64,000 nucleotides of DNA from Octopus bimaculoides (lineage: Eukaryota). Position 1 is the stretch's first letter; each line of letters opens with the position of its first letter. The stretch lies in NCBI RefSeq assembly GCF_001194135.2, contig NC_068983.1:1930917-1994916 (forward strand). Reading direction: 5' to 3'. Below are positions 23,376 to 36,583 of the stretch, piece by piece. The translations under genes and the position numbers were made by a program. The notes under the pieces are model-generated. The model had not been told where the DNA came from, searched no databases, and was given only the letters and a program-made list of their open reading frames with translations.

Positions 23376-24246
23376 TACCGATATTTTCTGTTATTTGACT
23401 ATAATCTCTGGTATACTCAGCCATAATATATACGTATGATACAATCAAAATTAATCAAACCTGGATTTGTTTTCTGTTAGACACCTGCATGCAAAGCTTT
23501 TTGTGAATTCAATGATTAATCTAAATAATAACAGCTACATACGGTTTGACTCGGGACTTTCGTCTGCTAATCTTCTCCCAAATGTTATTACTTTTAGAAT
23601 GAAACAGCGTGCATCTCACTAATATTGCCGTGAAAATCTAGTATGACTTGTATAAACAATTCTTTTACCCGTACTCCAATCCTCCCACCGTCAAGTTTTA
23701 CAGCTTCGAAAACAAGACACTCACACCGAGAACTATCTAATTTACATTGACGTGTGGATTAAGTCACCATTGCTGCTTTGCAAGAGAAGACGTTGATTTA
23801 CAAGTACAGCTTAATTTCTTCGTTCAATAATTCGATTATCACCAATACTTGGTGAGGATAATGTTTTAAATGTCTTAAACAGTTTTTATTTTCAATTTTC
23901 CTTCAAGCGTTGCAGATAATTTGTCTGTCAACAATAATGTTAGTTTTGTGGATTTCTCATTTTATTAACAATCATAGCGCTCCACAAACCTAGCCTTACC
24001 ACGCATCAAACAATGCCAATATTTTGTACCATATTTCCAACAGTCTAGACCAGTAGAAAAATTGCCCATTAGTTTTCTAACCTTACCTGTTACGATTGCT
24101 TTAACATTTGACATACCATAATTTATCTGTTCAAAATTATTGTTCACTGAGTTGAGTTGAACTGTATTTTGCTATTCAGTTCGGTTGAACTTGTCATGAA
24201 ACTTCAGCTTTATTCTATCCCTTACTTTCTCCCCTTCAGGAATATA

Positions 24247-25237
24247 CAGGGGTTTGACAAAATAATGGAAACACCTACCCTCATAGTATCATAATTTTCA
24301 AATATCTATAAAACGGTCATTTATTTTTATGGTTTTTGATTTATTATCAGTGTTGCTTAATATGTTTTGCTAAAATTGCTGTTTCTCTTCAGATATCATC
24401 AGAAAAAGGTAATTATATTTCATTAAAATGACAGATATATCGGCCTTTCAAAGAGGTCAAATTGTTGGTGCTCGTATGGCAGGCGCTAGCGTAAGGAAAA
24501 CAGCCGATATGTTTGGTGTATCAAGAATTACTCTCTCGAAAATAATGACAGCTTTGAGAATGTGGGGGAAAACTACTTGCCGAAACAAAACTCCGGAAGA
24601 AAACCAAAACTTCGGATCTTCGGACACTTACGCAAATAGTTAGAAAGGATCACAAAAGTACCACTTCGAGAACCCAGTTTCCACAAAAACTATTCGCCGG
24701 GAGCTTCACAAAGGCGGATTTCATGGGAGGGCTGTAATCAGAAACCACTACTTTCAAAAACAAATGTTTCAAACCGTTTAGAGTGGACTGAAAACCTATA
24801 GAATTGGTCCCTAGAGCAGTGGAAGAATGTTATTTTCTCGGACGAGTCATCCTTTACCTTATTTCCGACCACCGGCCGAATATACGTGTGGAGTTAGCCA
24901 AAAGAAACATTTGACCCAGATTGCCGAATATTTAAGCATTTTATCGGATTAAATTCATACTATGGTTGCGGAACTGTTTCTGGAGGGAAACGCAATATTT
25001 CAGCATGATAATGCACCAATTCACACAGCTGAATTTGTTACTGAATGGTGCATTTTAGAAAAGCAATTAAGGAATCGAGAACTGGAGACCTTTGTAGCTG
25101 GAAAGGATTCAAACTTTGTACGAGTCCATACATCATAGAATTCAAGCTATAATTACTGCCAACTGCGGTCCTACCCCATATTAAAATTGATTTTGTTTCA
25201 AATTTTAAAGTGTTTTCATTATTTCGTCTAACCCCTG
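24247..25237 (+). mobile_element. Tc1/mariner DNA transposon, internally deleted
   Basis: TA|CAGGGGTTTGACAAAATAATGGAAACAC ... GTGTTTTCATTATTTCGTCTAACCCCTG|TA gives TIRs plus TA TSD. HTH MTDISAFQRGQIVGARMAGAS (24428), IFSDESSFTLF (~24832), FQHDNAPIHTA (~24998). Confidence 0.92.
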
Positions 25238-27232
25238 TATATCTTTTCTTTTAAATGATTTACTAGCTTTAAATCATTTTCTGATCATAGACTCCAAATC
25301 GTCTTCTGTTGATGGACAGTAGTGGACCGTTTTGTGTCTACACAGTTTATAATGTAATTCTGTTTCCAATTTAGGTAATGGTTTAATGTGATTCCCTTTA
25401 AACATTCCTCCATTTCTATATAAAGTAAATATTTCTATCTGTTTCTCTTATATTCATTTGCATTATCACCAGTCGTTTTACCGATCAATGTTGTCCTAGA
25501 GCCTGCTTTGCTAGAGTTAGATTACTTGCTGTTAGGTTCTACGAACGATTCATTGTGGCTGGTTGGTCTAACAAACAAATAAGTTTTCCCTAGTATCCGT
25601 CCATTATTTTCTATTATCGATTTTGGTCTATGAAAATTAAATTACAAATCTTCACATTTTTCTTCAAACTGTCTCGTAGACACTAATCAGTAATAGGAGT
25701 TTCCGGCAAAATTTCGTCCAATATTGGTTTTCACAAACCATTAAAATTCTATTATTATTTTTATAATTACGTTTTACCGATCTGTAACCGCTGAAGTTTA
25801 AGGTGTCCGTTTCTCCTTTATATGGCTTCAGTATTGGTTACAAATGGCTAGTAATAATACCTTTCTAATGTTTTTATTTATCTCAAATTCTTCACGAAAC
25901 GTACTAGAAATATTCTGCTACGTTTCCTTCCTTATTGGTGTATTTACAGCACCATATTTTCGTAATCATTCGAGGAATTCCCATCTATCATGTGTCATTG
26001 ACATTGAATTTACATCAGCAGCTTTTCTTTCTAGATTCTTCAAAGAAATAATTTTTGAATTATTTTAAGTTTGTTCTAAGGAACCAATTGTTTATACTTA
26101 ATTTACATTTGCTGTAAATTATACATAACTATGTGAGGCTTTGCTTCCTCAGCAATGCTCCATTGTATTATGACGTGTCTTCGCCTCAGTTGTAAAACGG
26201 CAATATATATACTGCTCCCTTCGCGGTACATGCAGGGATTCTTATTGTTAAAAACACATAATGTCCCTAGAATCTGTTGTTCTGACGTTTACGCTATACA
26301 ATACTTCTGACTGCTATTATAAATGTACAGCTGCATTTATGTGGTAATACTGCTGTTATTATACAATCCTTTCGATTGTTATTGAATATTTATTACCTTA
26401 TCCAAATTAATTTATTGAACTTATTTGAATTTTATAGATCATTTTATGGAATTTACGTATCTGTGAAACGGTAAAATGTTTTCTCCCCAGTATCTGAACA
26501 TTCTTTGTGGAAAAGTTTTCTTTCGCTATGGAATATCATGTGTTCATCTTGTTTCAAGTTTTAGTATTTTGGTATGAATAACTTGCTCTGTGCACTTTAA
26601 TTGATCTTTGAAGCTCTTGTGAAGTTTTATTAAATGTTTCTTTATTTGATCATAGTGCTGATGCACTTCTATTAATATCATACATGGAATATTTCTTTGT
26701 AGGGACGATGTTTGCAGTATTTATATATGTATATACTTTCCTTCGCTAGCTTTACGATAGGCATGGCATTTTTCTGTGGGTAAATAATGTTTTATTCTAA
26801 TTGCTTTTCATACAACCGTTCATACAACTATAACTCCACCTCCATTTTTAATAAGCTTGATTTGACGATGTATAGCATATTTTAAATCTAGACAAATATT
26901 AAATTTTCCAGCTGTCAGAGATAACCATGGCTACATAGAAAAGTTAATTTCCGTGTAATTAATATAACACGAGTTATATTCATGACAGCGTTAATTATAA
27001 TTTTTTTTTTATTCTAAGGGTTTTCTATCAAATCCTTAAGCGGTTGGTGGGTTATATTCTAAAATTTTGTACAGTCAACTTTTACTAAATTTTTTTTTTC
27101 ACACTTCATAAAATCGGAATTAACTCACTAGTACTGGTCCACCACAGGAGTGTCTGTTTTGAGTCCAGCATATCTCTAACAAGTACGCCCAGTTTAACTC
27201 CGTGTTTAGGCTTCATCATTAAAATTGTTATA

Positions 27233-27707
27233 TATAACCACCACTCAGCAACCGTTATTGTTTAGTCTACGTATACGTTACTTAATATTTCCGTAACAAA
27301 AACCGAAAAAGTTTCAGGCTTCAAATAAGAACTGAGTTTTGTCCGTTCGGTAAAAGCTGTTCAGATTTATAACTGACACAAGTAAAAGATAAAAGAGAAA
27401 TGTGTGTGTGAGTGAGTGAATGTGTGTGTGTGTCTGTGTGTGTTACAGCTTTGCTCACCATGCAAAGAAAGACTACGTCTTTGCATGGTGAGCAAAGCTG
27501 TAACACACACAGACACACATTCACTCACTCACACACACATTTCTCTTTTAGCTTTTACTTGTGTCAGTTATAAATCTGAACAGCTTTTACCGAACGGACA
27601 AAACTCAGTTCTTATTTGAAGCCTGAAACTTTTTCGGTTTTTGTTACGGAAATATTAAGTAACGGATACGTAGACTAAACAATAACGGTTGCTGAGTGGT
27701 GGTTATA
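27233..27707. mobile_element. Near-perfect fold-back palindrome (MITE-like element 2)
   Basis: TATAACCACCACTCAGCAACCG...CGGTTGCTGAGTGGTGGTTATA. Arms of about 235 bp differ by about 2 substitutions plus small indels, with a 3-nt centre (gac-tac-gtc). Confidence 0.9.
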
Positions 27708-27722
27708 CATCTATATAATGTA

Positions 27723-29556
27723 CCAGCAGTATAGCACGGCGTTGCTCAGGATTAAGCTATGATTATTAAGTGATCAAGCGCTTTATTTCAAAGCAAAATA
27801 AGTGACACCGACATCAAATTTGAGCGAAATCTGTTGAAATTGGTAAACGTTTGTCTGAAAATGGGTTGCAGCAATTTGATTGGGAAATTCCATGAGGAAT
27901 CGGTTTATCGATTATTTCCACTCATCAAATGTTTTTTTTGTTTTTGAGAACTCAAAGATCGTATGAGTCCTAAGTAATGCTGGCATCAGGTTTGAGCAAA
28001 ATATGTCAAAATTGGTAAAAGTTATCGTTGAAAATGGGGTGTAGCCAATTTTAGTGGGAAATCCTATAACGAATTGGTTTATCAATTTTTTTTATCCTGA
28101 CTGAATGGAAAACCCAAAATGGATGCATGCCACCGATAGTGTTTGGCCTTGGGATTTGTTGATGGACATGGTGAAGCGTGGTCTCACCGAGAACTGCGAT
28201 CTGCGGAAGTTAAACGGCATGTCTGACCCCGAGGGATAAAGCTGCATCCTTGAAACGAAAACATGTTCACCCGTTCCCGCACCCTGTAACAATGGTGGCC
28301 TGAATCAAGTGGGGCGTCAAGGACTTGGTTACTAAGCGGGTCCCGTTGCACTGATTAAGCGTGAGCAAGTTTCTGATTAGCATAACTGGGCATCCAACCC
28401 TTAGCTAAGAGTGTGAGGTGGAAGCGCTGCTGGCTCCAATGAGTTGAGATAATCGATAGGGTAATTGACAATGTCTTGTGGGTGAGATGTCCGGTCAATC
28501 GATTTGTAAATGCGCTCCTCACCTGGAATTAGGCTTATGAACCAGTCATTGATAGCATTGACAGCTACGTTTTGTGGGGTCAGGATGGTTCTTTCACTGA
28601 GCCAATTGGTGTCTGCATAGTTATTTTCCAGATTGGGGAACATTGTTTCCAAAGGATCGGAAGGATTGTCCACAGTGTTGCACAGTTCAGAGATGGATAT
28701 GCCGCCCCTATCATTCCTAGGGACCTTGCCTTCTCCAAGGGCTAAAATGCTTTCATCAAATGCTGCAGACATGCTATCACCAAGCAAGTGCGCATGTTTG
28801 TTTGTGCTTAGGCTTAAAGTCTTAACCTGGGGCCATAAAGTGGATGAGTTAACGCATGCGCACACCTCATCAGCCCGGCTCCCTTTAGGGATGACAGGAA
28901 GGGTTTGCCGGAAATCTCCTGAAAGCAATAGTTATACCACCCATAGAAGCTGTAGAATCCTTGATTCCTTTCAGTGATCGGTCTAGTGCCTCAAGGGCAC
29001 CCTTATTGGTCATTGTGCATTCGTCCCATACAATGAGACGGCACTGTCTAAGAACTTGAACTTGAACTTGCTCTGAATTTTTACCAATGTTGGAAGTAGC
29101 CCTCACCAAATCTAAAGGCAGCTTGAATGCCGAATGCGCCGTCCTACCTCCCGGCAACAACGTAATAGCAATTCCTGAGGAAGCAACGGCTGGCACAATT
29201 TGTTTCTCGCGACGAATCTTACTAAGTATTAATTGTGTTACAAAGGATTTGCTCGTACCTCCAGGAGCATCGAGGAAAAAAAATGCCGGCCGCCTGTTTT
29301 TCAATGGCACTGACGACAGATTCATACAGCAGCCTCTGATCAGGGGTCAATTTCGGTTCATTTACCCTCAGGTACTCCGCAAGGCTATCAGCGTCATATG
29401 ACAACTCCAGAAGTAACTTTGGTGGGAGTGTGTTAACGACCTGTCGCAATGAGGATGGCAAACCGAATGTGTTCAACGCTGCCCCACCCATTTTGAGCTG
29501 GACATCCTCGATTTCAATCAGCACATCTCTCTCTCTCTCCCCCTCTCTCTCTCCCC

Positions 29557-29587
<31 letters not shown>

Positions 29588-29775
29588 ACTTCGTTATGGC
29601 ATGAATGGACTTAGCTCATGTTGGCAAACTTTAAAATTGATAAAAGGTATGGCTGGAAATCGATTTCTACCGCTATCCGTGGGTACCTCGGGAAAAATAA
29701 TGTGATGAAAATACAGCTAGCGGCATGGCTGCTAATGTGTGGACGTGCATAAATTACTTTCACGTACACATACAG

Positions 29776-29800
<25 letters not shown>
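27723..29800 (-). mobile_element. Helitron 2, helicase-only deletion derivative
   Basis: Minus-strand 3' end is a degenerate hairpin plus CTGG|T at 27726-27722. Two ~110-bp subterminal direct repeats (~27800-27915 and ~27985-28090). Helicase remnants at 28092-29524. The 5' boundary is uncertain. Confidence 0.75.
28092..29524 (-). pseudogene. Helitron Pif1-like SF1B helicase (frameshifted)
   Basis: Walker A FFLDAPGGTSKS, motif II LIVWDECTM, motif III LSGDFRQTLPVIP, TILTPQNVAVNAIN, MLIRN...CNGTRL, FRRSQFSVRPRFTMSINKSQGQTL. Split over four ORF fragments. Confidence 0.92.
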
Positions 29801-29808
<8 letters not shown>

Positions 29809-29814
29809 AATAAA

Positions 29815-29848
<34 letters not shown>

Positions 29849-29977
29849 AACATAATAATAATACAATGACAACAAAAGATTGAGACCTCATTATTAGGTA
29901 AATAGAGGAATTTATATATGCATAGTTTAGGACAATCAGTAAGTCCTATTATGACAACTTACTGATTGTCTTATACT

Positions 29978-30012
<35 letters not shown>

Positions 30013-31869
30013 CATGTAAACGGTGAGCTTCTTTCAGTTTCCTTCTACGAAATCCACTCACAACTATTTAGTCGAGACGGAGGTATACTAGAAGACCCTT
30101 GCCCAATGTGCTATGCAATGGGATTGAAGATGGAACTATGTGCTTTGGAGTACAGCCTCTTATCATCATATGGAAACACCGAGAGGGATACTTTTCTCGA
30201 AGAACTCTCAAACTATGAAAATATCTTTTCAGGTTATGCAAAAGGTGCTGGCTCTCCATATATATAACTTTTCTGCGGCATAAACCTTCTTAGGATATTC
30301 TTTCTCATTATTATTATTAGTATTTCAAGTTTTATTTCGCTATATTTCTTGTTAGCTTGTACACATGTACCGTTAAGTATATTTGTATGATGTTTTGCCG
30401 CCGATCAAATAAAAAATATGAAATATTGAGTTACTGTGGTATGTTACTGGCTGATTTCGCTCCCAATTCTATTTCATCAATTAGAATTCAAGTTTGGAAT
30501 TTACTTTTAACTATGCCAGTTTTTTTGCCAAATACACTGTATTTGGCCTACACCCTGCTAGCAATACGACGTAGGAGGTTGTGTTGCTCTATAAAGTGTT
30601 TCATATCTATTTTTATGTTTGATGGAGTAAATGGGCTTAGATATCCTTCTTATGCGTTTTATTATCATTAAATTTGTATTCCGTAACATTCCTACGTTGT
30701 CTCTGCGCAGATTGTTTGCCAGTCTACACCAATCCTGTTTCTTTCTTTCTCATTCATTTTAAATCCCTTGCACTTCCCTCTTGTATCATTCTGTATTTCT
30801 CATTCTTGTATCTCTTTTTATCGACCACAAAATTCAATCAGCTTCTTTACTCCTTCTTCCAATCTTTTACATTAATTCTATGATCATAATGAAAACGATT
30901 GTTTCTTTCATTAGTCATTTTCTAATATCCTTCCCACAAACTTTACATTTCTGTTACGTTGCCCTTTAATATTTAAACGCAGACAGCTTCATCGCAGCTT
31001 CCTTAACTTTCAATAGACCAAATCAAATCCATATGTACAACCAAGATTATGATTAAAAACTATACACCGTAAAATAGATGCGACAAGATGACCGCTCAGA
31101 GCCGGCAGCATGAAATTGTTTTCGTCCAGTATCAAATTATTTACGCTTCTATATCATGCATATAAGACGATTTTAAATTATCTTATCAATATAAATGAAT
31201 AAAGAAGCACTATTATAAAATTATAATAAAAAAAGTTTACAGTCTATACAAACACATCTTTTAAATATTAAAATATATAAACTACAACATCCTAGAATAT
31301 CCAAATTCGGCAAACGCTCTGAGGTCAAGAATGAATATGAGACCGAAAAATTTTGAAATCAAAGCGCAGGCGATGAAACTAATAACAACTGAATTGCTTT
31401 GAAATAATGTCTTTTTTTAATTTTTTATCGTGCATGTTCATAATATATGTCTTGAAAGCTGTCTTAGAAGCCTGTTGTGTACAAAACCTTTCAATAACTC
31501 CTTTTTTGCAGCAGATTTTTAATATAAACAGATATGCATTTCAGTAGGCTAATAGAAATTAATCAAAATTCGTTACACGTGATTTCAATTTACTGTACTT
31601 TAAAAAGAAAATTGTGGGTAGGGGGATATTTTGCTAATCAATTTTCGTTCTTCGACATTTGCTGATATGCAGCAATCGACGACATCTTATTTAAGGACAT
31701 TTTGATATGAAACGACATTGATTAATCTTGGAACATATTAGCTCACGATTTTTTTTTCAATATTCCATTTCATAAAATACAAAATTAAGTTTAAACGTAA
31801 ATTCTGAGTTGCCAAAGTCGTGGAAACATTAAGTCAAATACTCGCATACACACACGCATATATATATAC

Positions 31870-32012
31870 ACGGGCTTCTTTCAGTTTCTAACTACTAAAT
31901 CCACTCACACTAATGAGGCAATAGTAGAAGATACTTGCCCAAAGTGCCACACAGTGGGACTGAACTAGCAACCATGTGGTTGGGGAGCAAGCTTTTTACC
32001 ACACAGATACGC

Positions 32013-32015
<3 letters not shown>
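31870..32015 (-). mobile_element. SINE family A, head half
   Basis: gcttctttcagttt...aaatccactcac...gatacttgcccaaagtgccacacagtgggactgaac...catgtggttggggagcaagc. Similar head fragments at 18293-18450, 30025-30180 and 37850-38003. Confidence 0.8.
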
Positions 32016-32063
<48 letters not shown>

Positions 32064-32100
32064 TGTGTGTGTGTGCGTGTGCGTGTGCGTGCGTGCGTGC

Positions 32101-32148
<48 letters not shown>
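32016..32148. repeat. Compound microsatellite (CA)n-(GT)n-(GCGT)n-(GA)n
   Basis: Directly visible. (TA)n, (CA)n, (CT)n and (AAT)n tracts recur throughout the window, e.g. 1130-1220, 1529-1582, 17459-17510, 47385-47443, 54407-54452. Confidence 0.95.
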
Positions 32149-32150
<2 letters not shown>

Positions 32151-35100
32151 AAATATATATATGATTGCATATGTGAACATATACATGCAATTATATATGC
32201 ATAATTAATTGCCCTCTGTGAAAGGAAAATAATTTTTAATCATTTAGATTAATTTGTATTCAGAAGCCGGTTCTATCATAGAACATTACTTAGAAAAGAT
32301 ATGAATAACTAAATGAAAACATGCAACGGTGAGAGATTTTGAACTCTGGCAGTAATGGTTACATTAGCGGGGTTGTTTTTCTTCCTATTGTACATCCTGC
32401 GCACAGCCTTGTTACAATGGAAGCATATATGAACACCTAATAGGTCTATGTCTGTGAAAATAAATGAAAAGAAAATGTGCCTGGATTCGGTTTTTGGCGG
32501 ATAGTCTCCTCCTGATTAACGGAGAAATAAATACTTAGATAATGAATCTTTAACTATAATATATGAAGATGATATTAGCAATGAAGAAAAAATTGCGATA
32601 ACGTATACATGTATATACAATTATAAGCATGCCTGGTCAAGATGTCGTATGAATGACAGTTAAGTCATTTAAACAAGCGTCTGATTACTGATAGCTAAGT
32701 GAATAGTAGTGCACGTGAGGCGCACAAAAGAGGTTGTTTAAAGCTTTAGAGTAAATTTGTCTGCAATGTGTGCGCATGTGAATGGTTGGCAAATAACTGT
32801 AAAAAGCGAAAACGGATCATTGCTGATATAATCTACGAATTCGACACGGAACCAATAATAAAGGTGCATGCTAAAAGGCGGTCGAAGCGTCTTATACAAA
32901 CGTCTCTTTTGCCCTCCAAGAAAATAAATGCCCAGTTTTTGAGAACACACACGTTAATACATTAGAGTATACATACATGATTGTAGGCTTGCATACACAA
33001 CAGATGTCTGTGTGAGAGAGAGGAGGGTATCAATCGATCGATAGATAGATTGATTCGCTAAAATTTATATAGTGTGTCCCGAGAATAAAAAGCTCCAATT
33101 AAACACGTACAATCTTCCTCTCCCTTTTTCCTTCTTTCTCGCTCTAATACTTTCTTCCATTATTTCTTTCAAACTATTTTTCCTTTATTTCGCTCTTCTT
33201 CCAGTTACAATTCATTTCATTGGTTTTATATATTTCAAACATTATTTCCTGTTGTTTGGTTACTTTTTGGTTTATTGAAATCGACTTGTTTTAGTTATTC
33301 AGATAGATTCAGAAATGCCAAGTCTTGTGAAGATTCGAATCTCTCTGGATTACTTTTATGTATATATAATACACATACATATATATGACTTATACCGGGC
33401 TACCGGTAACATGTAATGCGGTAGAACCTGTTGCATGGTCGGGTTGTCGGCGATTAACTGGTAAATACACCGAGCTTGCTTGTTGAAGAGAGTGATTGTT
33501 GGACACACTTGGGAAAGAAAAGTAAAATCCGAGAAAATCCAACACTGTGTACATATATATATTTATAATTTTCTTATGAAACACAGAGTAGAATTGTTCA
33601 AGTCGAGCTTGAGGCGTTAGATAAGTATAGTGGATAGAATGGAAACATTCAAATAAGGCAGACAACAATTAATATGTATACATACGGGTTTAGTTAAGAT
33701 AAAATAAAGATTACGTGATGTTTTGTTGCCAACTTAATGTGGATGTCCCGTGAAAGGGAAGAATGCTACTGTTATTTAGCCCTATGAAACAACGTTTGCA
33801 GTTGGCCTTGGCACATTTTCTGTGTCCTTATGTTTTCAAAGGAGGAGATTAGCACCTCCACCCTGCAAAGCCAGCATCCAGAGACTAGTTTCAGAGTCAT
33901 TGCCAATCTGGAGTAGCATGGCTTGCTAGCTGTCGATGTTTATTCACATTTGAAAACATATATTTCATGTGATATATATAAAGATTGTCCGAACTGAAAC
34001 ATATATTGATATATTAGAATTATATAAAAATATACAGAAATATAAAAATATATGAATACCAAAAATATACATGAACATATAGTTATATAGATATATAAAC
34101 ATATGATTTGTAGTATTTATTCTGGGTACGAAATGTGAAAATCCCACTGATGTTTAGCCTATGTCTTATCAGACGATATTTATATTCTCGAGAGAAGCGT
34201 TTATTTATAATATTAAGGAAAATATTTGAAATTTGGAAGTAGTCTTTAAACTAAATGGTAGATTATACCGTATAATGTTTAATTTCCTACTTTTACTTAT
34301 ACAGTTTTTAGGTTTATTGTTCATTCTTTGTATTCCTCCTTCGTAGACTTTGTATTTTAACACGTCATTGGCATAATGATCCACACTCTTAAATGTGAAT
34401 ATACAATTATTAATGTTATAAAGTTCATTAAAGGTTATTGGACAATGGCTGAAACATTTGTAATATTTGGTAAATTCTCGTTAGACACACTAATGGCTGT
34501 AATTTGCAATACATACATTTAGAGTTATCATTTACTAGCTAAATATATTTAAATTTGTACCTACTGCTATCACTGTAAATATACTGATAATAGCAGACCC
34601 TATTTGGCCATTTGTGCCACGCTATATCACATGCTAGACCATCTGACACAACTTAAACTCTGCAGAAAAGGTCAGAGCCTCAAGTAGAACTTGAACGTAC
34701 AATCTTAACAATCCGAGTCATGATTATTATGGGTACATCAAGAAATTTCTGGCTATTAAGTTTAATCTAAAAATGAATTATGGCCAATGATATTAATATT
34801 CGAAACTTCACGGGATTAAGATATTTACTGGATCCGCATGGCTTTTCAAGAAAAGATTTCTTTGTAGATGTCTGAAGTTTACTAAATCGAAATGCATTAA
34901 CTTTTAAAACGTGCGAGTGCTCCATGTTATAAATACATTTAATAATCGATAATCTATACGTGAGGTGAATAAATGTACTCAGTGTCATAAATAATGGAAC
35001 TTAAAGTATATTTTTTTGTTCCTACCTACCTCATGTCACCAGGATTTATAAATCTATATTTGGGAGTGTCTAGAAATTAATCACTCTGATCTTGCTAGAT

Positions 35101-35354
35101 AATTTAATAGATCAAGTAGAGCTAAAGTTTCCACTGTATTGTTAATTGTGTTTCAGCTAAAATGTTGTTTTGCTTTTGTAGCAAGGGAGTAGTGAGTGTT
35201 AGCTTTAATTGAGTATTGATGATTTTGTAGGGAGAAGGGTGCTGTACGAATGTCTATTAGCTTTGTACAGATGAAATCGTGATTGGTTGTTGGAAGTCAC
35301 ATTTCGTCGATAAAGTTCACTAAAGATATCAATCTAATATTTTATCATATATAT

Positions 35355-35760
35355 TTTTACCGGTTTCAGCCATTATGTTGCATCATGCTGTGGAATGTGT
35401 TGGAGCATTTCAGTCGAACGAATAGGCCCCGGTAATTTTATTTTCAAGCCTGGAATTTACTCCATTCGTGACTTAAACGAAAATGCTAAGTTACGGGGAC
35501 GTAAATGCACTAACACCGGTTATCAAACGCTGGTGAGGGACAACCACAGACACAAAGGCATAAACACGCACACATGCACATGCACACGCACACACATACA
35601 CACAACGAGCTTCTTTCAGTTTCCGCCTACAAAATCCACTCATGTCTTTGGTCGGCCCAAGGCTACAATAGAAAACAGTTGTTCAAGGCACCACGCAGTT
35701 GGGCTGAAACCGCAATCATGTACTTGGGAAGCAAACTTCTTACCACACAGTCACATATGC
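35355..35760 (-). mobile_element. SINE family A, full length
   Basis: Head, (CA)n-like middle and tail are all present and collinear with 40774-41205. Confidence 0.8.
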
Positions 35761-36310
35761 CGAAGTATGTTCTATTTTAGGTAAATCCGCATTTAGCTAA
35801 ATAATGACCATAAAGAGATTTGACGACATAATGCAGAATATAACAACTCATCCTAACCATTTCTTTGTATTTCATAAACATTTAGGTCCTACTGTTTAAA
35901 AGGACACACTCCAAGGGGTCATAAATTTCATGAGATCTGTCATAGAAATAGCGTTTTCATGTGTTAGAGTTGTACCAAACTCACTCTCGCTTCTATAGTC
36001 ATCATAAACATTAAAATTCATTCCATTATTAAATCGAATCCATTCCGCGTTGATATGCAAGGAATTATTCAAATGTGTAACCTAACAAAGATTTATGTCT
36101 ATTGCTAAAGGGTGTGTCTTGCAAACAAATGAAAACACAAAAGAACATACACAGTGATCAGACACTTCGAAAGATATCACGCAGCCACCCTATCCAGACA
36201 TAGAGATTTAAGTGCCATGACGTCAACAATTATAAAATTACTATGTTAGAAAATTTCTGTAAGAGATGAAAGCAGTAACAATACTAGGAGGTAAAGTTTA
36301 TCACCCTCTA

Positions 36311-36583
36311 AACATGGCTGTTTAGCATTTTAACCCCAGGAGGACACCTCCTCCAGCTGGTTAGTCGATGGAATCTGCACCCGATATCTATTGCAAGAAA
36401 GAAAGTGAAACACTACTATCATCCAGCGACCCTACCATCTTCCCTTCGCTGGTAGATGATAGGGGTTCGCCCCGCTGCTTGCAATATACATCATGTGGAA
36501 ATTGCATTGAATAACCAGCTGGATGAGGCGTCCTCCTCGGGTTAAAATTTTAGTAGCGTCGGTTACTACGTAACAGCCATGTT
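36311..36583. mobile_element. Fold-back / MITE-like element 3
   Basis: Three nested inverted pairs: aacatggctgtt...ttaaccccaggaggacacctcctccagctggtta versus taaccagctggatgaggcgtcctcctcgggttaa...aacagccatgtt; inner attgcaag/cttgcaat; ctatcatccagcga/tcgctggtagatgatag. Confidence 0.75.

Noticed and set aside
27321-27619. Two near-identical 67-aa ORFs on opposite strands
   Set aside because: They are mirror images produced by the palindrome and include microsatellite-derived sequence.
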